A stretch of 63,457 bases of DNA, counting the filler, from Octopus bimaculoides (Eukaryota): the NCBI RefSeq assembly GCF_001194135.2. It is 4 parts of 4 records of this genome, joined end to end, with 100 filler letters (N's around TTAATTAATTAA, not from the genome) between each part and the next. Parts side by side here need not be neighbours in the genome. Positions count along the whole stretch, not along the records: positions 27,476 to 57,127 come from NC_069000.1; positions 57,228 to 60,538 come from NC_068984.1; positions 60,639 to 63,457 come from NW_026320245.1; 1 more part is not named here. The stretch is one strand, 5' to 3'. Below, piece by piece: positions 52,614 through 63,457 of the stretch. The notes beneath the pieces were generated by a model. That model was not told the DNA's origin. It saw nothing but the letters and a program-made list of their open reading frames with translations, and searched no databases. How positions within the stretch are numbered: the stretch's first letter is position 1; the number at the start of each line of letters is the position of its first letter. The translations under genes and the position numbers were made by a program.

Positions 52614-54654
52614 CCTTTCTTTTTCATGTATGTATGTATGATGTATGATGTATGTACGTATATATGTATGCATGTATATCTTTATAAGCGTGTATACCTG
52701 TATATATAAATGTGTACACACGTCCGTATGTATGTCTTAAGGACACGGCAGTTAAATGGAGTATTGTCTTATTCTAAACAGTAATTGCTATGGGAATCGA
52801 AACAAAGTAGACCGTTAACAGTTAAAGTAAATATAGACGGACGTAATTAAGTATATTCTAGACAACAGTGGTAGTATCGCTGTATAAATATTGCTGGAAT
52901 ATTCTGTCATAATATTTATTTAAAAAACAAAAGCCAGGTTTATTACTCAATGAACAACAGTCTCTGATATAAGTAAGGTAACTCTTGATGTTACCCGTGG
53001 AATCAGGATAAATAATCGTTAAGAATAATATTTAAGTCCTTAGCCTGGCTCAGAAATAATTTAGAGAATATGGGATCGATAAGCAGAATCGGTTTAATTG
53101 TCCTCGATGTTTATTTATTTATTTGTTCATTTAGTGGTTCGATTTATATTATTTTATTGTTATCATTTGTATGAAATCAAGACAAATTGAATTTTGTTTA
53201 GACTTGAAGACAGTGCGTCAAGGGGGAAATAACTAAGTACAGCAAAACATTTATTTATACCTTCCTCTGTAATATATTATATTTTATCATATTTTATTGT
53301 ATTTTATTATATTTTATTATACTAGCTGACCCCGTGTCATCAAAAATGACGGCTAATTATAGCATTTTACATATAAATAAAGTATTAAAAAAATGTTTTT
53401 AGGGCATGTCTACAGATTCCTGCCCCACCCGACTGCACTGACCATGACCTTTGTTAAATCATCGCAGCACCGAGATGGATATACTTGGAAGTGCACTGCT
53501 CGGGCGATGTCGGAAACGCCATTAAAAATGGATCGTTTTTCTCTAATAGCCTTAGGTATAATACTGCAGTTTCTGTATAGATATGTAATTAAAAATGTTC
53601 AAACGGGGGAATTATTCCATTCGATGTCTTTCTGTTAGAAACGTCTAGACCTTTAGCTGGTATTTTTAGCATAACGAGTTTTCTGCTTCAGTAGAAATCT
53701 ACGGATGCACAAACGCACAAAACAGGGAAAATAAAACGAATATGGACGACTTGTTCCGAAACACCCACGAGTGGGGAACGGNNNNNNNNNNNNNNNNNNN
53801 NNNNNNNNNNNNNNNNNNNNNNNNNNNNNNNNNNNNNNNNNNNNNNNNNNNNNNNNNNNNNNNNNNNNNNNNNNNNNNNNNNNNNNNNNNNNNNNNNNNN
53901 NNNNNNNNNNNNNNNNNNNNNNNNNNNNNNNNNNNNNNNNNNNNNNNNNNNNNNNNNNNNNNNNNNNNNNNNNNNNNNNNNNNNNNNNNNNNNNNNNNNN
54001 NNNNNNNNNNNNNNNNNNNNNNNNNNNNNNNNNNNNNNNNNNNNNNNNNNNNNNNNNNNNNNNNNNNNNNNNNNNNNNNNNNNNNNNNNNNNNNNNNNNN
54101 NNNNNNNNNNNNNNNNNNNNNNNNNNNNNNNNNNNNNNNNNNNNNNNNNNNNNNNNNNNNNNNNNNNNNNNNNNNNNNNNNNNNNNNNNNNNNNNNNNNN
54201 NNNNNNNNNNNNNNNNNNNNNNNNNNNNNNNNNNNNNNNNNNNNNNNNNNNNNNNNNNNNNNNNNNNNNNNNNNNNNNNNNNNNNNNNNNNNNNNNNNNN
54301 NNNNNNNNNNNNNNNNNNNNNNNNNNNNNNNNNNNNNNNNNNNNNNNNNNNNNNNNNNNNNNNNNNNNNNNNNNNNNNNNNNNNNNNNNNNNNNNNNNNN
54401 NNNNNNNNNNNNNNNNNNNNNNNNNNNNNNNNNNNNNNNNNNNNNNNNNNNNNNNNNNNNNNNNNNNNNNNNNNNNNNNNNNNNNNNNNNNNNNNNNNNN
54501 NNNNNNNNNNNNNNNNNNNNNNNNNNNNNNNNNNNNNNNNNNNNNNNNNNNNNNNNNNNNNNNNNNNNNNNNNNNNNNNNNNNNNNNNNNNNNNNNNNNN
54601 NNNNNNNNNNNNNNNNNNNNNNNNNNNNNNNNNNNNNNNNNNNNNNNNNNNNNN

Positions 54655-54694
<40 letters not shown>

Positions 54695-54942
54695 TGGTGT
54701 CACGCAAATTGCACCCATGTTGGTGGCACGTAAAAGCACCCATTACACTCTCAGAGTGGTTGGCATCAGGAAGAGCATCCAGCCATAGAAAACCGTGCCA
54801 AATCAGACTGGAATCTGGTGCAGCCTTCCAGCATGCTAGCCCTGCTCAAACCGACCAACTCATGCCAGCATGAACAATGGACATTAAATGATGATAATGA
54901 TGATGATGATGATGATAACAATGTATATGAATTATGCATATA

Positions 54943-55357
54943 GGCGCAGGAGTGGCTGTGTGGTAAGTAGCTTGCTTACCAACCACATGGTTCCGGGTTC
55001 ATTCCCACTGCGTGGCACCTTGGGCAAGTGTCTTCTACTATAGCCTCGGGCCGACCAAAGCCTTGTGAGTGGATTTGGTAGACGGAAACTGAAAGAAGCC
55101 CGTCGTATATATGTATATATATATATATGTATGTGCATGTGTATGTTTGTGTGTCTGTGTTTGTCCCCCCACCATCGCTTGACAACCGATGCTGGTGTGT
55201 TTAGGTCCCCGTAACTTAGCGGTTCGACAAAAAAGACCGATAGAATAAGTACTAGGCTTACAAAGAATAAGTCCTGGGGTCGATTTGCTCGACTAACAGC
55301 GGTGCTCCAGCATGGCCACAGTCAAATGACTGAAACAAGTAAAAGAGTAAAAAGAGT
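54943..55357 (+). mobile_element. tRNA-derived SINE family A, full-length copy
   Basis: A-box-like TGGCTGTGTGG, B-box-like GGTTCATTCCC, a central microsatellite and an (AAAAGAGT) tail. Homologous copies lie at about 1790-2153(-), 9130-9310(-), 18235-18845(+), 23520-23680(-), 36080-36500(-), 40200-40340(+), 59505-59895(+) and 62195-62355(+). Confidence 0.85.
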
Positions 55358-55437
55358 ATATGTATATATCAATCTATGCACAGATATATATATATATATA
55401 CATATACACATATACATATATTTACATATAAACATAT

Positions 55438-55474
<37 letters not shown>

Positions 55475-56990
55475 AAAATACATGCACACACACACAAATA
55501 TATTTGCATACACATACATAAGCTAAAGATATTGACTGAAAGGAGGTACTGTCAAACAGGAAATTCTCATTTCTAACTTGGCATTCCAAAGAGATAATAA
55601 AACATTATGATAAGTCAAGAAGTGGTGGTTTTGTCTGACTCACACATGCATCCATGTGTGTGTGTGTGTGCGTGTGCGTGTGCGTGTGTGTGTATCTGTG
55701 AGACTTGTATTTATAAATGAATGCATATGTGTATATCTATCTATCTATCTATATCTATATATATATCTATATATATATATATATCTTTTTTAACGTCTGT
55801 TTTCCATGCTAGCATGGGTTGAACGGTTTGACTGGGGACTGGCAAGCTAGAAGGCTGCACCAGGCTCCAATATGATCTGGCAGTGTTTCTACAGTTGGAT
55901 GCCCTCCTTAATGCCAACCACTCTGAGAGTGTAGTGGGTGCTTTTTACATGCCACCAGCACAGGAGCCAGAGGGAATTGGCATTGATCACGTTTGGATGG
56001 TGCTTTTACGTGCAACCGGCATGGGAGCCAGTCAAAGTGGTGCTGGCATTGGCCACCGGCACAGGAGCCAGTTGGGACGAGGAAGCTGGCATTGACCACA
56101 TTCGGATGGTGCTTTTTACATGCCACCGCCATGGGGAGCCTGACAGGCGGCACTGGCATCATATATATATACACATATAAAGTAACAAACTAAGGAAAAG
56201 AGATCCTTCAAAGGGGTGTTATAATTCATAACATCAGTTGGATATCATATAAATATTGGTATAATTCAATTTGCAAATAGATTAAATATAGAGATATTCT
56301 ATTGACAGTTACTAATTTATTTATATTACAATATAATATACAGTACTATGAATATAATACATGACATTATATATAATGGAACTGTGGTTGTGTATATCAA
56401 AACCTATTATTCTTTTATTCTTTTACATGTTTCAGTCATTTGACTGCGGACATAGATGTGTATGTACGTGTATGTGACGGTGGTGATGGCGGCAATAGCG
56501 GTGGTGGTGTAGTGGTGGTGGTGGTGTAGTGGTGGTGGTGGTGTAGTGGTGGTGGTGGTGTAATGATGATGGTTATGTAATGTCTAGGAATGATGATGAT
56601 GATGATGATGACGACAAAAAATTGAGAAAATCTGTTAAAGGAAGAATGCTTTATTTATTTATTTATTTATTTATTCATTTACTTAATTGCAGTCACAAAC
56701 AGTGGCAAGACACTTTCCATATATGGATGTAGAGAGAGAGAAAGAGATTGGAGAGGTGGTCATGGGGGTGGGGTAGGGCAGACAGATTAGAATCAGGTTG
56801 AACTATATTTCTGAATAGGGTTACTGTTTCTTTGGAAGAATCTTAGAACCTTAGGTGGGGAGTGGGAAGAGGGGGGTGGCAGAGAGACAGCAGGTTGGTT
56901 GGCAGCAACAGAGTGATGGTTAGCGAAGTGAGATTTATTCTGCAGCAATATCTACGTACATTTTGAAGCTTACACACCTATAATATACAT

Positions 56991-57021
<31 letters not shown>

Positions 57022-57086
57022 ATGATGGAAACTGAAAGAATCCCATCATTGTGTGTGTGTGTGTATGCATATATACCAATACACTC

Positions 57087-57127
<41 letters not shown>

Positions 57128-57227
57128 NNNNNNNNNNNNNNNNNNNNNNNNNNNNNNNNNNNNNNNNNNNNTTAATTAATTAANNNNNNNNNNNNNNNNN
57201 NNNNNNNNNNNNNNNNNNNNNNNNNNN

Positions 57228-57258
<31 letters not shown>

Positions 57259-57513
57259 CTTTTATCTTTTGAACCTGGTAGTATTCTGTCAGTTTCTTTT
57301 GCTGAACTGCTAGTTACGCGTACGTAAACATGCTAACACCGGTTGTCCATTCTGTCGTAGGCTCGAAAGGTCTAAGACTTTTCCATTATTCCCGAGCGTT
57401 AAACTAATACAACTGCTTGTTGTTTCCTCACCCCTCTTCAACCTTTGTTTTATACACATACACATACATGCATACATACATATACATATGCATATATTAT
57501 ATCTATCCATCTT

Positions 57514-57550
<37 letters not shown>

Positions 57551-58809
57551 GGTTTTTCTCTGACAGCAGTTTTACATTTTCCAGACGCCTTTAGCTAGGC
57601 CGAAATAATGTCTTCACCACTTGACCCTTTCTAACCTCTTCTACATCACCAAAAGCTAGAATAGAGATAACAAGACCACCAACTAAATCTACTTCGCATG
57701 CTTTGGGATTTATCATAACATGCCCGTCGAGGCAAGGTATTGTAATGTAACGGTAAATAAATATTTACTTAAAACTTTCTTTAAAAAAAAAATTATCGTT
57801 ACATACATATATATATATATGCTCAAATTTACAGAAAACAAAAGTCGAAGAGAGGTAACGAAACAACAAACAAGTATATTAGTTTAACGCTCGGGCAGAA
57901 TGGAAAAAATCTTAGACCTTTCGACTGTACGCTCTTCGACAGAAAGGCCTGAGAGAAAGAAAATGGACAGAGAACGAAAAGAAAACGGAGAGAGAAGAAA
58001 TGTGTAGGGATTAACGGTCCAAGATGATATATATTTTTTTTTTATTCTGCCTTTTGTCTGAGAATATGCTTGTATATATAGAGGCACATGAGTGTAAGTC
58101 TGTGCGAGTAAATTTGGTGCATAGACATATAAGAAAAGATATTAGATAGTGTTATCATTGATAATTTTCTTTTCCAAACTACAGCAACCGAGAATTTTCT
58201 GTCATCAGTTTAGATTTCAGGCTCTCAGTTACATGATTCTACCAATAATAGCACAAGTACGTGGGTAGTTTTCATTTATTGAGTTTCCAAAATATAACAT
58301 CTATATGATTTGTTGTTAGCAAAACCTAAATTGCGTTGGTGAACAATGATGGTAGAATCTATTAACAAATTGTATGCTCAGCATATAGATACATTATTAT
58401 TTATATTCTCGCTGTTTTGCCTGCTCCCAATGAATTATTACCGGTTTGACAGACATCAGCACGCATTAGCAAATAATTTGTTTGTTGATTTCTACAATCA
58501 AAAGCCGCTGCTCTCGTTTAGTTTATTGATCCAGAGTACCTTTGATTGAAGAGAAACAGAACGAGGTCGAAAAAACGCGGTGTCTCAAAGTTTCTTTACG
58601 TCAATGAATCACAAGTATTATGAACACACAAAGTCTAAAGGGAGAAAACGCTCTCCGATGATGAAAATCAACATCGACCAGCATAGTTACGTTCAGATCT
58701 ATAATGAACAACAACCTATTAATAATGAATAACTGTTTTATATACATACGTACATGTGTGAGTGTGTGTGTGTGTGTGTGTGTACATGCTTACATACATA
58801 CATACATAC

Positions 58810-59149
58810 ATGGTGGTTGTCTACTCCTTAAACAGAGTTTGACCACCTCCTGCACCTACACCTTAGCCCTTTCATGGCGTCTGATGTGGCTTTTTAAACC
58901 AGACAGTGTTTTGAAAAAACACCCACACAGATTGCACCTCTGATTTGCACTACCAATACCTGCAAGTAAGTTCTGCTCATTGTGGATCCTAACATGTCTT
59001 TTAAGACCCCCATTGGATTTGCAAACCCTCTGGCACACACCACATTCAAACGTGTGCACAGACATATAATCAGAATAGCTGGATGAGGTTTGTTTTCCAT
59101 GGGTTCGCAGGTGAGATTTGAGGCCAGCGAAGGACAGACATGGTGTGTC
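58810..59149 (-). mobile_element. LINE (RTE-like) 3' end encoding tandem C2H2 zinc fingers
   Basis: CLSFAGLKSHLRTH, FECGVCQRVCKSNGGLKRHVRIH and CNLCGCFFKTLSGLKSHIRRH, then a stop, a short 3' UTR and an (ATGT)n tail; the 5' side is lost in an N gap. Confidence 0.6.
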
Positions 59150-59504
59150 NNNNNNNNNNNNNNNNNNNNNNNNNNNNNNNNNNNNNNNNNNNNNNNNNNN
59201 NNNNNNNNNNNNNNNNNNNNNNNNNNNNNNNNNNNNNNNNNNNNNNNNNNNNNNNNNNNNNNNNNNNNNNNNNATATATATATATACATATATATATATA
59301 TAATACAAATAATATATGAGTATATGCATATATACGTACATGTATGTACATACCTACATCTACATGTAATATATAGATGCATATCTGGGTACAGGACGTT
59401 GCAAAAAAAAGTGGATAAAATGATAAACAGAGTACAGAAAACACACAGGTCACATAGAGAACATTTCCTTCATCAGCTGCCAGCATTCTAAAACTAAGCG
59501 TATA

Positions 59505-59895
59505 GGTGCAGGCATAGCTGTGTAGTAAGAAGCTTGCTTCCCAACCACATGGTTCCGGCTTCAGTCCCACTGCGTGGTACCTTGGGCTGGTATATTCTAC
59601 TACAGCTTTGGGTCGACCAAACCTTTGTGAGTATGTTTGGGAGAGACAGAGACTGAAAGTAGCCCGTCGTATGTGTGTGTGTCTTTGTGTCTACGTTTGT
59701 CCCCGCACCATTGCTTGACAACCAATGTTGGTGTGTTTACGTCCCCGTAACATAGCGATTCGGCAAAGATAGAATAAGCCCTATGCTTACAGGGAATAAA
59801 TCCTGGGGTCCATTTCTTTGACTAAAACATTTTAAAGCGGTGCTCCAGCATGGTCGCGGTCAAATGATTAATGCATATTAAAGGATAAAAGAATA
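59505..59895 (+). mobile_element. SINE family A copy
   Basis: Aligns by eye with 54943-55357. Confidence 0.8.
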
Positions 59896-60045
59896 AGTTC
59901 GACGATGGCTTAGCTTCGAAGTCACTGTCAAAAACATTCTTGAATAAGAATAATAAATTTGTACTCTACCAAAGTATAGAGTAATCCATTACATTAATGT
60001 AGAATTGTTATTATAACTGAACGTAAAAATAAACATTATACATAT

Positions 60046-60508
60046 ATGATGGCCGTCCACTCGTGACTGAGGAAGATCATTGCTGACCTTCAAGAACATT
60101 ATGCGCTCTAGGACTAACTTATATTTTGCATTTGCGGCTCCGTTGGCGGCTAATGAGCCCTGCTCATAACAAGCATACTCTGCTGCAAACATTGCAAACC
60201 AAGCTTTCTCCATTCACCACACCAACAGCGTGCTTTCGAGCAGCACGCTTAAGTTCTTCATGCAGAATACATGCTCTCTCAAAAGTGTCAACTCCCCTCC
60301 TTAACCTGCTCCCTCTATCTGTGGAAATGACAGGCATTGCTCTCGCAGTCAGTCTCCTGCATATCACAGGCCTTTAATGAGGATTTGACACAGTCCATAA
60401 ATCGCAGCTTTGGTTTCTGCCGAGGTCTCTTTCCATTCACAAGTTCTCCATATAGCATCTGCTTAGGTATCCTGCTATCCTTCATTCTAATAAGGTATCC
60501 AGTCCAAC
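60046..60508 (-). mobile_element. RTE/BovB-like LINE 3' fragment with a terminal zinc finger
   Basis: GYLIRMKDSRIPKQMLYGELVNGKRPRQKPKLRFMDCVK (RTE C-terminal motif), then LKRAARK...LVCNVCSRVC after a frameshift. Confidence 0.85.
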
Positions 60509-62420
60509 AGACACACACACACACACATACATACACACNNNNNNNNNNNNNNNNNNNNNNNNNNNNNNNNNNNNNNNNNNNNTTAATTAATTAANNNNNN
60601 NNNNNNNNNNNNNNNNNNNNNNNNNNNNNNNNNNNNNNATATATATATATATATATTTGTCCAAAATTACAGAGAAGGAGTAGGACAGAGTAGGAGAAAG
60701 AGTAGTAGAAGTGAAAAGAGAAGAGAGAAAATAGTAATTCAGTGAAGGAAAAGTAGTGAGAGTAATAGCCCTGACTGAGAGAGAGTGAGAGAAAGTAAAA
60801 GCAATGGAGAAAGGAAGGGGTGATAGACGAATAAGGAAGGAAGGGGTGAAAAAAAAATCAGCGTTTCAACTCTGTGTGAGTATATGTGTGTGAATGTAAA
60901 AGGGAGGTATGTGAATGTGTGTGTGTGTGTGCAATGGAAGTGGGATGGTGAACATTCGATGCCGAAAAGAAAAACCAAACAGCATTTCAACTCTGTTTGT
61001 GTGTGTATGCGTATATGAATGTTTGTATCTGTGATTATTATCTGAGAAGCAAGCTTCTTACCACACAGCTATGCCCGTGCCATTATTATTACCCTGCGTG
61101 TGTAAGTGAAAGCAAGGTATTGTAGCCACCCATCTTCGTCTGTTTGTGTGTTTGCAAAATTACAGGAAAACGGCTGAACGGATTTTCACCAAATGTGGTA
61201 GAAACACTCAGTAGGTGAGTGGCTCAAACTCATTATTTTGGTTTGATTATCTTCAAAACTGGCGGACGGGTGAATCAAAATGTTCTTCCTTCTTTGTTAC
61301 ATACACAAACGACAAGCAGAAGAAATAACACTTGATGTCATTTTGTTGAAATCTGAATTCATCTGAGAATATATTTATTAAATTAAATTTTATTTTAACC
61401 CTGTGCATGCACAGGGTATGCATCGTCCCTCCAATGCCCCTTTGTTTTTTTTTCATTATTATAAACGCAAGCCAGGGATCATTCTTAAATAATTTTCAGT
61501 TCTTTTTTTTTTTATCATTCCAAGTTCTCCTACAATCACTGGTATTGTAACTGTCTTCAGGTGCTACATTTTTCCTATTTCAATCAGCAAATCTCTATAT
61601 TTTCTGAGCTTATCAAATTCTTTTGCCGAGATACTATGATCACAAGGTGTGCTTATGTCAATCAATAAACAAATTTTATCGTATTTGTCTTTCACAAGAA
61701 TATTTGGTGTATTAGCTTTGATGGTCTAGTCTGTACGTACTGGAAAGTCCCAAAGAAATGTTACATTTCCTTCCTCAGTTACAGCCTCAGGGTGGTGCTT
61801 GTACAATTTGTCAGCAGTTTTGATTTTATAATGCCGACATCCTATCCAGTGTAGATATTGGCCAACTGGAATGACAAAGGATTGTGGTAATTGCTGGCAG
61901 GCAGTTCTTGAGAAGAGCCACCCGCCTGGATGGCCATGGAGACACCAATTTTTAAAATACTAATCTTTAATTAGCTTTTACTTGTTTTACTCAATGGGCT
62001 GTGGTCATGCTGGGGCACTGCATTGAAGGGTTTAATGAAAAGAAATTGACCCCAATACTTTTATTAACTCTGATACTTCTATCATTCCTTTTTCTTGAAC
62101 TGCTATGCTACAGGAATGTAAACAAACCAATGCTGGCTGTCAAACGATGGGATAGACAAATGCAAACACAAACAAACACACATACATACATACATACAGG
62201 CGCAGGTTGCTGTGTGGGAGTTTACTCCCAACGCCATGGTTCCGGGTTCAGTCCCACCACGTGGCACCTTGGGCAAGTGGCTTCTACTATAACTTCGGGC
62301 CAACCACAGCCTTGTGAGTGGATTTGGTAGATGGAAACTGAAAGAAGCCGTCATATGTGTGTGTGTGTTTATATATGTGTGTGTATATATATATGCACAT
62401 ATGTATGTCTTTATATACAT

Positions 62421-62463
<43 letters not shown>

Positions 62464-62465
62464 CA

Positions 62466-62707
62466 CAGAGTGGCCCAAAAGTAGGTTTTACAGTTATTCA
62501 ATTATCTCTTTCGCATTCATATATTAACAGTTTAGATTTTGATTATAAAAAAAAAAAAATGAAACCATTATTCTATGCTAATTTAGTTAATTTTGTCAAA
62601 CTCCCTTTTCAGTTTGTAAGATAGAAAATTTAAATGCAATAAAATGTTGCGAAAGAAATTTAAAGTGGCCTACGTGATAACTGTAAACCTACGTCTGGGC
62701 CACCCTG
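62466..62707. mobile_element. Tc1/mariner-type MITE
   Basis: ~30-bp TIRs cagagtggcccaaaagtaggttttacagtt ... aactgtaaacctacgtctgggccaccctg, with TA on the right flank. Confidence 0.7.
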
Positions 62708-63088
62708 TATGAACGTATGCATTCTGTGTGAGTGATTGTGTATTACTTCATTGTCTTTACATTCCCACTAACTGTAAAACAAAACAGACTTTCCATCAAT
62801 AGAAGCAGAATCTCACAGGTGCAGTCAATCATAAAAACACAAGGGGCAGGGACGCAGAGTCTGGATGTGTCTTGACATGTTGTGTAATCTTTTGTAAACA
62901 AACAAAAACCACTTGTATGTCAGAGCCGCTCATTGTTTCAAAGGATCAAGGATTATTATGGCCTCAGTTGGAAACAGGTTAAGTTTGGTGACAGGAAGAG
63001 CACCTGGCCATAGAATATCTGCCTCCGCACATTCTGTCTGACCCATGCAAACATGGAAAAGTGGACATTGAAACAACAACAATAATGA

Positions 63089-63404
63089 AGTAGTTGTATG
63101 CTGTCAACTTAACGTGACTGTCCCCTGAAGGGAATAGTACTACTGTTGGTGAGACCTAGGAAGCTGCACCACTTCCTGTCGGCCTTGACACATTTCCTGT
63201 GTCCTTATGTTTACAAGGGGGAGACAAGCACTTCCACCCAGCTAAGCCTGCATCCAGAGACTAGTTTCTGAGTTTTTGCTCATCATCAGTCTGAAGTAGC
63301 ATGACCTGCTAGTCAAAGATGCAGTGCAGCTTCCAAGGTCTAACCAACAGTAGTATTATTCCCTTCAGGGGACTGTCACATTAAGTTGACAGCATACCAC
63401 TACT
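63089..63404. repeat. Foldback element / MITE with ~81-bp inverted arms
   Basis: 63089-63169 is the reverse complement of 63324-63404 with about 6 mismatches. Confidence 0.8.
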
Positions 63405-63457
63405 CCTTCGTATCATTACTGTATAAATCTCTCTGAGAGATTTAGAAATGTATTATT

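Noticed and set aside
54943-55020. tRNA-like heads of SINEs
   Set aside because: A/B boxes only, no complete cloverleaf, and they continue into SINE bodies; not tRNA genes

Overview
AT-rich, microsatellite- and SINE-dense animal genomic DNA with many N gaps. The SINE families and repeat density suggest a coleoid cephalopod such as Octopus (inference). The ORF track shows almost no real genes, but reading splice sites on the minus strand reveals a multi-exon gene spanning about 42951 to 27538. It encodes a signal peptide, an atypical C-type lectin-like domain (CTLD, 2 exons) and six Notch-type EGF repeats, each on its own phase-1 exon of 111 or 114 bp, giving at least 381 aa. The 3' end is unresolved next to a scaffold gap. 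A seventh, dead EGF exon lies in the intron between EGF1 and EGF2. The rest is retroelement and transposon debris: R4/Dong-like RLE non-LTR fragments abutting (TAA)n tracts, a Penelope GIY-YIG fragment, several hammerhead-ribozyme-like relics, RTE-like LINE 3' ends with C2H2 zinc fingers, a Tx1/L1-like fragment, at least four short interspersed repeat families, MITEs, minisatellites and long inverted repeats. All calls come from manual reading; no database searches were run.
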